Positions 1-11,496 of a stretch of 64,000 bases of DNA are shown piece after piece. The notes under the pieces were generated by a model. It saw only the letters and a program-made list of their open reading frames with translations. It was not told the DNA's origin and searched no databases. The DNA is from an uncultured candidate division Zixibacteria bacterium. GTDB taxonomy: Bacteria > Zixibacteria > MSB-5A5 > GN15 > PGXB01. The position numbers and the translations under genes were made by a program. The first letter of the stretch is position 1, and every line of letters begins with the position of its first letter. Where the stretch lies: the NCBI GenBank assembly GCA_963702205.1, contig OY969724.1, positions 2,144,001 through 2,208,000 of the forward strand, in the 5' to 3' direction.

Positions 1-4
1 AGCT

Positions 5-349
5 ATGTTCGGAACGGACAACTGGGATATTTTCCGGGTAAAACCCGGTGATGAATATTATGCCTACCCGGTCCCGTTTTCGCCTATCAGCCAAAGCTAT
101 ATCTATTTTAATTATCCCATGACCCGGACCGGCGACGTGACAATAGAAGTCTATGATTTCGCTATGAACCTTGTAAAGACCGTGGTTCAGAACGAATCGC
201 GCCAGGGCGGCGAGGGTATTGCCTATTCCACCGATTATTGGGACGGTCGCAACGGTCGCGGTGACGTTGTCGCCGCCGGGATTTATTACTTCAAGGTGGA
301 GACATCCAACGGTGACCTTAACTGGGGCAAGCTCGCTATAATTCCGTAA
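5..349 (+). CDS. C-terminal part of a secreted protein with FlgD-Ig / T9SS-CTD-like domain (probably starts before the window)
   Basis: AYPVPFSP...VTIEVYD...LVKTV...WDGRN..G..VAAGIYYFKV pattern; directly precedes PorV-like genes. Confidence 0.8.
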   Translation: MFGTDNWDIFRVKPGDEYYAYPVPFSPISQSYIYFNYPMTRTGDVTIEVYDFAMNLVKTVVQNESRQGGEGIAYSTDYWDGRNGRGDVVAAGIYYFKVETSNGDLNWGKLAIIP

Positions 350-358
350 GGGGTAAAT

Positions 359-1336
359 ATGAAGAAAATATTTTGCATATTGGTTCTGGTTTCGATGGCG
401 ATCTCACCGGCGGTTCTGGCCGACGAGGACGGCGGCTACGCCGGAGCGTTGCTGCAATTATCGGTGCAGGCTCGCCCGGCCGCGATGGGCGGTGCCTTTT
501 ACGGATTGTCCGACGACGGTTCGGCCCAGTATTTCAACCCGGCCGGTTTGTCGCAGATAGTACAAAAGACTTTTTCGAGCAGTTATCGTATCATGACTCT
601 CGATCGCAAGCTCGGGTATATTTCGATGGTGCTGCCGACTCATCTGGAATCGGCTCTGGGTGTAAGCTGGCTTTATGCCGGTTACGGAGAAGTAACCGCC
701 CGCAATCGGAGCGGCCGCGACCTGGGCCGGACTATATCATCCGAAGAACATATGTTCAGCGTGACTTTCGCCAAGAGATTTGTCCCGTACCTGAGCGTGG
801 GAACCAAGCTCGGTTATTATTACAAAAAGCTGGCCAATATCGATGCCAACTCGATTGGGATAAACTTCGGTGGTATGCTGTTTGTCGATTCTTTGATGGA
901 GTACGGTTCCATGGACGACAAACCGGTTCAGGATATTACCGTCGGCCTGGTAGTCCAGAACCTCGCCGCGACTTATCCCTGGACCACTAATGACTATTGG
1001 GAGAAATACAGCGACAATCCGGGCGTGACTCAAAGCGACAAATTCCCCATCCTGGTTGGGTTCGGCCTGTCTTTCAAGACGTTCAATCGGAAATTTTTGA
1101 CGGTGTTTGACGTCGAGAAAAATACCAAGCAGTCGGCCAAAGTGAAATTCGGCGGTGAATATACGGTCGACAAAATGCTGCGTCTTCGCGCCGGTCTTAA
1201 TCAGGGACGTGTGACGGCCGGTATGGGGCTGGCCCAGCAAATCAATAAATTTATGCTGCTGTTTGATTACGCCTATTCTGCCGAAAAAGCGGACGAGGGA
1301 AGTGACCATATAATAAGCCTGAACCTGGTGTTTTAA
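359..1336 (+). CDS. PorV/PorQ-family outer-membrane beta-barrel
   Basis: Signal peptide; ARPAAMGGA...YFNPAGL motif; amphipathic strands; C-terminal Phe. Confidence 0.8.
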   Translation: MKKIFCILVLVSMAISPAVLADEDGGYAGALLQLSVQARPAAMGGAFYGLSDDGSAQYFNPAGLSQIVQKTFSSSYRIMTLDRKLGYISMVLPTHLESALGVSWLYAGYGEVTARNRSGRDLGRTISSEEHMFSVTFAKRFVPYLSVGTKLGYYYKKLANIDANSIGINFGGMLFVDSLMEYGSMDDKPVQDITVGLVVQNLAATYPWTTNDYWEKYSDNPGVTQSDKFPILVGFGLSFKTFNRKFLTVFDVEKNTKQSAKVKFGGEYTVDKMLRLRAGLNQGRVTAGMGLAQQINKFMLLFDYAYSAEKADEGSDHIISLNLVF

Positions 1337-1340
1337 ATTT

Positions 1341-2240
1341 ATGAAACGAACCATGAAAATATTCATATACATGGCGGCCTTGCTGGTCCTTTCCATGCCG
1401 GCCTTCGCGCTGTCGGGCCTGAGACTTTTGACCCTTGAATCCGGCGCCCGGCCGGCTGGTATGGGCGGCGCCTTCACGGCCGTCACCGGCGACCCATACT
1501 CCGCCGCATTCAACCCGGCCGGTCCATACGGACAGGGCGGTATTGACGGCTCTTTCTCGCACAATACGCACTGGCACGACGTGGCGATCGAAGCCGGCTA
1601 TATATCGTTTTCCAAACGCAACGCGACATTCACGACCGGCGTCGTGGTCGGGCACGTCGAGGGCCTTCAGGGACGAACCGATTCGGTGCCGTCGAGCACG
1701 TATTATCCGTTCGCGGCGCAGGACGTTTCGATAAAAACCGGTGTTTCGTATCAGTTCGGCGATAGAGTCGTCATGGGCATAATGGCCGGATGGATGATGG
1801 AAAAAATCGACATGTATACCGGTTCGGCCATAAATTTCGACCTTGGGGCGATATACAAGTACAATTCGCAAATTCAATTCGGTGCGGCCGTGCAGAATTT
1901 CGGCTCGACCGTCAGCCTGCGCGAAGAGGATTTCAATCTTCCCACGACCTTCCGTCTGGGTGGGTCGTATCGGTACGATAAATTCCTCGGGGCTCTGGAT
2001 TTGGTCGTTTTCGACGATTCCAATATCGATGAGTACAACATGCGGGTGCACGCGGGCGGAGAGTATGAGATTTATGATAACCTCTTTCTTCGCGGCGGGT
2101 ACCGTTTCAAATATGAAAGCAAAAGTTTTTCGGCGGGGTTCGGGTACAGGAGGCGGAACTTTCGCATCGATTATGCCTTCCTGCCTTATTCCAATGAACT
2201 CGATGACTCGCATATCTTCAGTCTAACCTTCAACTATTAA
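1341..2240 (+). CDS. PorV/PorQ-family outer-membrane beta-barrel (second paralog)
   Basis: GARPAGMGGA...FNPAG motif; ends in IDYAF...HIFSLTFNY. Confidence 0.8.
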   Translation: MKRTMKIFIYMAALLVLSMPAFALSGLRLLTLESGARPAGMGGAFTAVTGDPYSAAFNPAGPYGQGGIDGSFSHNTHWHDVAIEAGYISFSKRNATFTTGVVVGHVEGLQGRTDSVPSSTYYPFAAQDVSIKTGVSYQFGDRVVMGIMAGWMMEKIDMYTGSAINFDLGAIYKYNSQIQFGAAVQNFGSTVSLREEDFNLPTTFRLGGSYRYDKFLGALDLVVFDDSNIDEYNMRVHAGGEYEIYDNLFLRGGYRFKYESKSFSAGFGYRRRNFRIDYAFLPYSNELDDSHIFSLTFNY

Positions 2241-2261
2241 CAGGAGTATCCAAACAAGACT

Positions 2262-3380
2262 ATGGCTAAGTATCGTATTGCGTGGATGCCGGGCGACGGT
2301 GTCGGCGTTGACGTTATGGAAGCGGCAAAAATCGTCCTGGATAAATTGAATCCGAACGCTGAATATATTCCAGCCGATATCGGCTGGGAGTTCTGGTGCA
2401 AAGAAGGCAATCCGCTCCCGGATCGCACGATAGAAATTCTGAACAATACCGATTGCGCGCTGTTCGGCGCGATTACCTCGAAACCCAAAGAAGAAGCCGA
2501 AAACGAGCTCGTGCCGGAACTGAAAGGCAAGGGGCTGACTTATTCTTCGCCGATCGTACGGCTAAGACAAGAATTCAATCTCCGCACCAATTTGCGTCCT
2601 TGTAAAGCGTACGAGGGCAACCCTCTGAACTATAAAGAGGGCATCGACATCGTCGTCTTCCGCGAGAACACCGAAGACCTTTATTCGGGCGTGGAATTTT
2701 TCCCACTTCCGGATTCGGTTCGCAAGGCAATTTCCGATGCCAACCCCAAAATGAAAAAATTCGATAAGCACCCGGCGGGCGAGGTGGCGGTTTCGCTGCG
2801 CATCAATACCAAAACGGGGTGCCGCAATATCATTACCGATGCTTTTGAATACGCCAAAAAGACCGACCGTAAGTCAGTGACGGTGGTCGAAAAGCCCAAC
2901 GTGATCCGTGAGACGTCGGGCCTGATGATTCGCACCGCACGCGAGATAGCCAAAAATTATCCCAGAATCGAGCTGTGGGAAACCAACATCGACGCCATGT
3001 GCATGTGGCTGATCAAGAATCCGCTGGATTATTCGGTGCTCGTGACGTCCAACATGTTCGGCGACATCATCTCCGACCTGTGTGCACAGTTGGTCGGCGG
3101 GCTGGGGTTCGCGTCATCTGGTAACATCGGCGATAAGTACGCCGTATTCGAGCCGACCCATGGGTCCGCGCCGAAGTACGCCGGGAAGTATAAAGTCAAT
3201 CCGATGGCGACACTGATCACGACGCAGTTGATGCTCGAATGGCTCGGTGAAAAAGATATGTCCGACCGGCTCGACAAGGCCATTGCGTCGGTCATCAAAG
3301 AGGGCAGGGTCCGTACATACGATATGGGCGGATCGTCCTCAACCCTCGACGTCGCTAACGCCGTGGCCGGGAAATTGTAG
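2262..3380 (+). CDS. Isocitrate/isopropylmalate (probably homoisocitrate-like) dehydrogenase
   Basis: PGDGVG, NLRP, RENTE, NMFGDIISD and FEPTHGSAP motifs. Confidence 0.9.
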   Translation: MAKYRIAWMPGDGVGVDVMEAAKIVLDKLNPNAEYIPADIGWEFWCKEGNPLPDRTIEILNNTDCALFGAITSKPKEEAENELVPELKGKGLTYSSPIVRLRQEFNLRTNLRPCKAYEGNPLNYKEGIDIVVFRENTEDLYSGVEFFPLPDSVRKAISDANPKMKKFDKHPAGEVAVSLRINTKTGCRNIITDAFEYAKKTDRKSVTVVEKPNVIRETSGLMIRTAREIAKNYPRIELWETNIDAMCMWLIKNPLDYSVLVTSNMFGDIISDLCAQLVGGLGFASSGNIGDKYAVFEPTHGSAPKYAGKYKVNPMATLITTQLMLEWLGEKDMSDRLDKAIASVIKEGRVRTYDMGGSSSTLDVANAVAGKL

Positions 3381-3410
3381 AGGGTATTATTTAATCGAGA
3401 TATTTTTAGA

Positions 3411-3889
3411 GTAGGTCAGGAGCCATGCCGGAGGTCCGGAGTCTTGCGTTGGGCGCTCCTGACTCATATTTTAATAAAAAGTTCAGGCAGGTCATCAGAC
3501 CTGCCTGTTTTTGTCGGACTAAAGCGTAGGGCCGGACCCGAGCAGCGAAGCGGTCCCGCGAATTAATTAGATGGCGGAACCGCTACCCTTCAAAAGATCA
3601 GGGTCTTCGAAAGGATTCCGCCCTACGAAGGCTGGATTCCCGCTTTCGCGGGAATGACATTGTATGGTACACTCTGATGAGTTCAGGCAGTGTTGTAGGT
3701 CAGGAGACGCGCCGCAGGTCCTGAGCCTTGCGTTGGGCGCTCCTGACTCATATTTTAATAATATGTTCAGGCAGGTCGTCAGACCTGCCTGTCTTTTTGC
3801 GGGAAATAAAATAAGTCGAATATTATAAATGGCAGAAACGCTACCCTTCAAAAGATCAGGGTCTTCGAAAGGATTCCGCCCTACGAAGA
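3411..3889. repeat. Mosaic cluster of REP-like palindromes (GTAG-headed hairpins plus one GTCATTCCCGCGAAAGCGGGAATCCAG-type element), arranged as an imperfect tandem duplication
   Basis: 3411-3510 resembles 3695-3797; 3571-3630 resembles 3829-3888; 3632-3659 is ctggattcccgctttcgcgggaatgaca. Confidence 0.85.
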
Positions 3890-3900
3890 CTGGTTCTGAT

Positions 3901-5913
<2,013 letters not shown>

Positions 5914-5945
5914 TCAAATAAATATCGGGGCGTCGCCCCTGTCAA

Positions 5946-8930
5946 CTAAATGAATTTGGCCTTTTTCAATCCGGTTTCGGCCGGGTATATTTTTTCGGCG
6001 ACGATGGCCGGGCTGCCTTCCTGAAGGTTGACCCGTCCCTCGATCGTAAGGTAGCGGTAGCTTCGAACCGTCTCGCCGTACTGTCCCCAGGTATCGGGAA
6101 AGAGAACAACCTCGAAGGTGTCGTCGAGAGCGTCGAAGGTCAGGAATACCATCTGCTTGCCGTCGCGTGTTTTGATGCGTTTGCGGTCGGCCAACCAGCC
6201 GGAGACGGTCAGGGGAGAGTCGTGGGTCATATTTTTCAACGAGCGCGGGTCGAAATCGCGATAGTCTTTGAATAGCGAAAGCGGATTGAACGACGCCGGG
6301 ATTTCGAGAAGGCCGCGTTCGGCGTTGAAAATATCGAGCCGCGAGAATTCCTGCAATGGAGGCAGGTCCTGCCGCTGCGGAACCATCACTCGCCCGCCAA
6401 AAAGATCGTCGCCTTTATTTTTGGGCGTCCGGCCCCACAGGCGGTACTGCCAGAGGAGTTTCGGCCGCGAGGGTTCGATCGAGTCGAAAAAACCGACCCG
6501 GATGAGATTCTCCGCCTCGCGTTCGGACAGGGTAATCTTCGATAAAAAGTCAGCCAGCGAGTCGAACGGCCGGTATTTTTCGATTTGCTCCAGCGTTTTA
6601 TAGGTTATATCGCGGACGCGGCACAGCCCGAGATAGAGCTTGTTGTTTCGGACCGTGTCGAGCGTGTCGGATCGGTGCACGTCGGGCGGATGCACCTCAA
6701 CCCCCAACCGCCGCGCCTCGGCCACATAGACGGCCGACGGATAATACCCGCCGCCGTTACGCAGGACCGCCGTCATGAAATAAGCCGGGTAGTGCGTTTT
6801 GAAATAGGCGGAAATATAGGATAGGTGCCCGTAGGTGGCGGCGTGGGCTTTGCAGAAACCGAAGGCGGCGAACTGCTGCAGTTGGGCCAGAATATTTTCG
6901 GCAGTATGTTCTTCGACGCCATTATTTTTGGCTCCATCAAGAAATCTCTCGCGCAGGCGGTCGGCGGAGCCGGCCTTGCGTTTTTTCGCGATCGCCCGAC
7001 GGAGCATATCGCAGGCGGGGAGATTGAACCCGGCGATCCTTTGCGCGGCCAAAATCACCTGCTCCTGATAGATGAAAACACCGAATGTCTCAGCCAGCGT
7101 TTTTTCGAGGTTCGGATGAGGGTATTCGGTTATATCTTTGCCGTGGAAACGGTTCAGGAATAGTTTCTTCATTCCCGACTCGGATGCCCCGGGACGAATC
7201 AGCGCCAGGGCCAGCGTGATATCATCGAGTTGACGGGGTTGAAGGTCGCGCAAGAGAGCCCTCAGACCCGGCGATTCTATCTGGAAGGCACCGATAGTTT
7301 TGCCGGATCGGAAGGTTTTAAATGTGGCAGGATCGTCCTCCGGGACTTCGAAGTTATCGCCCTGAATCTTACGCGCCTGTTCCAGACAGTCGGCGATAAC
7401 CGCAAGCCCCCGTTGGCCGAGGACATCGATCTTGACCAGACCAATCTTCTCCGCCTGATACATATCACACTGGGTGACCACGATCCCCTTGGTCGCCTGT
7501 TCGAGAGCCACATACTCGGTTATCGGCTTCGGTGTTATGACAATGCCGCCGGAGTGGATACTTAAGTGGCGAGGGAGATCGGCGATGGACCTTGCCGCCG
7601 CCAATACTTTCTGAAAGCGCTCCCATTCGTGGCGGGAACGGGTCAGCCGCTTGACATCCGACATGCCATGATCGGGCTGGGCGAGGGGGCCATAGGACAG
7701 CCGCCGGGTGAAGCGGTCGACCTCATCGGGACTGCAGCCCATGGCCTTGGCGGTTTCGCGGACGGCCAGCTTGGGCTGGAAACGGACGTAGGACGCCATC
7801 ATGGCAACATGATCGCGGCCGTAGCGGTCGTAGATAAAATCCAGCACACGGTCGCGATAGCGCCAGTCGACGTCGAGGTCGATATCGGGACAGTCGGTGC
7901 GGGCTTCGTTTAAAAAACGCTCGAAATATAAATCGTGCTTGATGGGGTCGACCCGGGTGATATCGAGCGCGAACGATACCAACGACCCGGCCGCCGACCC
8001 GCGTCCGACAACCGTTATTTTTTCTTTTTTGCAGAATTCAATGATTTGCGTGACAATCAGGAAATAGTCGACAAAGCCGGTGCGCTCGATAACCGTCAGT
8101 TCGTACTCCAGCCGCGCCAGATATCGACCCGCGATGTCGCCGATTTTTTTACGAAGGCCCGAAAGGGCGTCGCATCGCAAACGGGCGCAGTGGTCGCCGT
8201 CGATTTTAACATCGGGCAGGATATTTTTTCGCTCCGGAAGGGCAAGATGACACTTTTCAATGATTTCGGCGGCACCATGCCCGGCAGCGGGAAAGGCCAC
8301 GTAGGTTTTGTCGTAATCAGACGGCCTCTGAAGGAATTCATTTTCCCCGGCCAATTGAGCGGGCGGAATATTGTCTATGAGATAACTCCCCCCGATCGCC
8401 CGCAACAACCGATGTCGGGGCCGATCCTCCGGCGTCAGAAAACTGACCGAAGGCGTTGCGGCGGGTTTAATTCCCGCCCTGGCGCTTTCACGCAGGGCGG
8501 CAGTCGGTCTTATAAGGTCGACCGATATATAGGCGTTTTCGGCGAATATTTCTTTTGTAATCATGGGATCATTGCCCGGTTGACTTAGGGCGATCAGGTC
8601 GCGCGAATACTTCTGCAATATGTCCAAATCCGGTCGGCCGTTTAACTGGAAATGGGTCACCAGTCGCAGAAGATTTTTGAACCAGTCGTGGTTGGTGCAA
8701 AGTAAAGTCAGGCGTCCGATGGATATATCGAGCCTCACGCCGATAATCGGCCGGATGCCCCGCTCCAGCGCGGCATAATAGAAGTCATATGCACCGTACA
8801 GGTTATTTCTGTCGGCCAGAGCTATGGCTTCAAAACCCAACTGCACGGCCCGGTCGACAAGCTGTTCCGGCGTCGCCGTCCCGTAAAGGAGCGAAAAACT
8901 ACTGTGACAAACCGGGAGTACGCAGTTCAA
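5946..8930 (-). CDS. dnaE2: Accessory / error-prone DNA polymerase III alpha (DnaE2-like)
   Basis: PHP N-terminus, GRGSAAGS, PDIDLD, HSGG, KIDVLG, FCKAHA, OB fold; 994 aa; coupled to dinB. Confidence 0.85.
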   Translation of the reverse strand: MNCVLPVCHSSFSLLYGTATPEQLVDRAVQLGFEAIALADRNNLYGAYDFYYAALERGIRPIIGVRLDISIGRLTLLCTNHDWFKNLLRLVTHFQLNGRPDLDILQKYSRDLIALSQPGNDPMITKEIFAENAYISVDLIRPTAALRESARAGIKPAATPSVSFLTPEDRPRHRLLRAIGGSYLIDNIPPAQLAGENEFLQRPSDYDKTYVAFPAAGHGAAEIIEKCHLALPERKNILPDVKIDGDHCARLRCDALSGLRKKIGDIAGRYLARLEYELTVIERTGFVDYFLIVTQIIEFCKKEKITVVGRGSAAGSLVSFALDITRVDPIKHDLYFERFLNEARTDCPDIDLDVDWRYRDRVLDFIYDRYGRDHVAMMASYVRFQPKLAVRETAKAMGCSPDEVDRFTRRLSYGPLAQPDHGMSDVKRLTRSRHEWERFQKVLAAARSIADLPRHLSIHSGGIVITPKPITEYVALEQATKGIVVTQCDMYQAEKIGLVKIDVLGQRGLAVIADCLEQARKIQGDNFEVPEDDPATFKTFRSGKTIGAFQIESPGLRALLRDLQPRQLDDITLALALIRPGASESGMKKLFLNRFHGKDITEYPHPNLEKTLAETFGVFIYQEQVILAAQRIAGFNLPACDMLRRAIAKKRKAGSADRLRERFLDGAKNNGVEEHTAENILAQLQQFAAFGFCKAHAATYGHLSYISAYFKTHYPAYFMTAVLRNGGGYYPSAVYVAEARRLGVEVHPPDVHRSDTLDTVRNNKLYLGLCRVRDITYKTLEQIEKYRPFDSLADFLSKITLSEREAENLIRVGFFDSIEPSRPKLLWQYRLWGRTPKNKGDDLFGGRVMVPQRQDLPPLQEFSRLDIFNAERGLLEIPASFNPLSLFKDYRDFDPRSLKNMTHDSPLTVSGWLADRKRIKTRDGKQMVFLTFDALDDTFEVVLFPDTWGQYGETVRSYRYLTIEGRVNLQEGSPAIVAEKIYPAETGLKKAKFI

Positions 8931-10101
8931 AACCGGTATCGCCTTTCTTGTAGCGTTTTTCCAACGACCAGGTACGGCCGGTCATGAGGGAGAAGAAACC
9001 CTCCCGCCCTCTGACAAAATCCAGCCCCTTTCGCAATCTGAGGTCCCTTTCGACGCGGTCGTTGAGGAAGGTTTCGTTGTCGGCATAATTTTTAAGGCCG
9101 GTCAGGGTGATTCCGACCAGCCGAATGCCGATGCGCCGGGTGAACAGGCGGACAAACATGTGCTCGATCAGCGGGTAGATTTTGCTTTCATCGTTGGTGA
9201 AGGGGCACACCCGATGCGCCCCCTCGATTGTCTGGAAATCGGCGTAACGGAATTTTATTTTGACGGTTCCGGCCCGCTTGGATAGCTTTCTTAATTTAGC
9301 GGTGGCGCGCTCCAATAGATAATAGAAATGAGACAGCAGCACGGTGCGGTCGGTGATGTCGTCGGCGAAGCCGGTTTCACGGCTGACCCTGTAATCGCGC
9401 AGGAGGGGGCCGTCCTCGCCCCGGCAATAGGCGGCGATTTTAAGTCCGTTGAGGCCGAATATTGTCTTCAGGTAGTTTTCCGGCACACGGGCCAGCTGCC
9501 CGGCGGTGCGAATTCCCATTTCCGTCAGGACATTTTCCTTAACCCGTCCGATACCGGGAATCCGGCGTAAGGGGAGGTCGTTCATGAAGTCGGTGATATT
9601 GTCTTTGGTCAGGATTGTCAGGCCGTAGGGCTTCTTATGCTCCGAGGCGATCTTCGAGGCAATCCGGCTGGGGGCAATGCCGATCGACGTGGATAGTCCC
9701 AGGGTGTCCTTGATCCGTGTTTGCAGAGTTTGGGCGAGCTTTTCGGTACCGCCGAACGGGCGCAGAGCCCCGGAAATATTGAGGCAGGCTTCGTCCTGCG
9801 ATATTTTATCAAGTTCCGGCGTGTAAGATTCGAGGATGTCATAAAACCGCTGGGAAAAGTCTTCATAGCGGTTGAAGTCTCCTTTGAGAAACACGCCGTC
9901 CGGGATCAGCCGAGCTGCTTCATAGAGAGGCGTCCCGGTGTGGACGCCCCGGGCGCGCGCTTCATAGCTGGGACAGGCAACCACCCCGCGTTCGTGCTTC
10001 AGGCCGCCGACCATGACGGGCCGTCCGACCAGAGCCCGGTTGATAGCTTGTTCGACCGACGCGAAAAAAGCGTCGACGTCTATATAAAGAAATAAACCCA
10101 C
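8899..10101 (-). CDS. dinB: Y-family DNA polymerase IV
   Basis: YIDVDAFFASVE, SYEARARGV, SQDEA, KIASEHKKP; GTG start 6 nt after GGAGG. Confidence 0.92.
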   Translation of the reverse strand: MGLFLYIDVDAFFASVEQAINRALVGRPVMVGGLKHERGVVACPSYEARARGVHTGTPLYEAARLIPDGVFLKGDFNRYEDFSQRFYDILESYTPELDKISQDEACLNISGALRPFGGTEKLAQTLQTRIKDTLGLSTSIGIAPSRIASKIASEHKKPYGLTILTKDNITDFMNDLPLRRIPGIGRVKENVLTEMGIRTAGQLARVPENYLKTIFGLNGLKIAAYCRGEDGPLLRDYRVSRETGFADDITDRTVLLSHFYYLLERATAKLRKLSKRAGTVKIKFRYADFQTIEGAHRVCPFTNDESKIYPLIEHMFVRLFTRRIGIRLVGITLTGLKNYADNETFLNDRVERDLRLRKGLDFVRGREGFFSLMTGRTWSLEKRYKKGDTGFELRTPGLSQ

Positions 10102-10157
10102 TCATGACCTCCGCCATAATTAACGGCAGAAAGCGCGGGAAATAAATCACATGCGAA

Positions 10158-10712
10158 TCACATTTGAGAAACGGCGGCGATTTGTGCGGACGGAACGGAA
10201 TTTATGCGGAGCGCCTTGCGCCAGGCCGAGATATTTTTGCCGGCACGGTCATCGGCGATGCCGGTCAACCAGAGAGCGGTGACATGGTCGTGCGTGTCAA
10301 CCTGAACCAGAATATTGTCCGCCAGCCTGTATGTTAGCCTGGCGGGGCGCGAATTGAATTTTATGTAAACTGTCTGGAAATCAATATCGCACAGAATCTC
10401 CGGTTCACCGAAATTTTCGCGGAAATCGAGGAAACGAATATCGGCCGGAACAGACCGTTCGGGGTGGACCAGGTTTGGTTCGACCTGCCAGCGGCGGCGG
10501 GGGAGAGTAATTTCGACGAAAATAAGTCGACCGTCGCGGTCAAGCTGCAAAGATACGAATTCGGAATCCAGAAAGGAAAAATAACGGCTCCTGCTCCCTC
10601 CGGTCTCGACAGGGAAGTACAGCGTATCTTCTTCCAGCTGATAAAAACCCCGGGCGCGAGGTATACCTGCATCCGGGGTCCTGGTGGTAACTTTGAGCCG
10701 TCGTACGGTCAT
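10158..10712 (-). CDS. Hypothetical protein with two DUF2283-like repeats
   Basis: Two segments resembling Y..E.D.LY...(L/V)QLD.DG.L..(V/I)EI. Confidence 0.55.
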   Translation of the reverse strand: MTVRRLKVTTRTPDAGIPRARGFYQLEEDTLYFPVETGGSRSRYFSFLDSEFVSLQLDRDGRLIFVEITLPRRRWQVEPNLVHPERSVPADIRFLDFRENFGEPEILCDIDFQTVYIKFNSRPARLTYRLADNILVQVDTHDHVTALWLTGIADDRAGKNISAWRKALRINSVPSAQIAAVSQM

Positions 10713-11483
10713 TTACTTCAACTCCTTGAGCTTTTCGGCGGCCTGATCGGCTTCCAGCGTGCCGGGATATTCATCGACCAGTTTTTGATAGTACTGCCTG
10801 GCGTCTTTAGCGTGGCCGAGTTCTTCGTGCGAACGGGCGATTTTATACATCGCGCCGGGGCATTTCTCCGATTTCGGATAGTTCTTCAGCAACAGGTCGA
10901 ATTCGCTGATCGCCTCCATGTACTTCTTCATGGAATAGTACGCTTCACCCAGCCAGAAGCGGGCGTTATCGGCCTTATCGCTGTTGGCACAGTACTTGAA
11001 ATATTCGCCAAAACTCGCGATGGCTTCTTCATATTGACTCTGCCGGAGCAAGATGAAGGCTTCATCGTACATTTCCTGACAATCCACGGCCGGAATGACG
11101 GCCACCGAGTCAGAAGGCCTGGTCGTGTCGCTCCCGGCTATGGTAACCGGCGGGATGTATCCCTCGCGTCCCTGGCCGCGCTGAGTCAGGGCGTCGACTT
11201 TGGATTGAAGGTCGGTCAAGCTGACCTGCATGGCCCGAAACTCGGTCAGCATATCCCGCACCGATGACCTGACTTCGGCCCGCAGATCGGTTGAGGCGTC
11301 CTTCTCGTCGGCCAGAAGAGAATCGATCCGTCCGACCGCATCCACGACTTTTTTCTGGTTGACTTCCACCCGTTGAACTCTCTCGTCGACGATCATGACG
11401 TCGCGCTTGGTGGCACAGCCCGCCAGAGTGATAAAAGCCGCCGTGAATATCACGACGGCTTGAACTGATCTTTTCGAAGACAT
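10713..11483 (-). CDS. cpoB: Tol-Pal TPR lipoprotein CpoB/YbgF
   Basis: Lipobox LAGC, coiled coil, TPRs (ADNARFWLGE), follows pal. Confidence 0.9.
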   Translation of the reverse strand: MSSKRSVQAVVIFTAAFITLAGCATKRDVMIVDERVQRVEVNQKKVVDAVGRIDSLLADEKDASTDLRAEVRSSVRDMLTEFRAMQVSLTDLQSKVDALTQRGQGREGYIPPVTIAGSDTTRPSDSVAVIPAVDCQEMYDEAFILLRQSQYEEAIASFGEYFKYCANSDKADNARFWLGEAYYSMKKYMEAISEFDLLLKNYPKSEKCPGAMYKIARSHEELGHAKDARQYYQKLVDEYPGTLEADQAAEKLKELK

Positions 11484-11496
11484 GATAGTACCCTCT

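Noticed and set aside
8899..10101. ImuB
   Set aside because: Catalytic acidic residues are intact, so it is DinB-like
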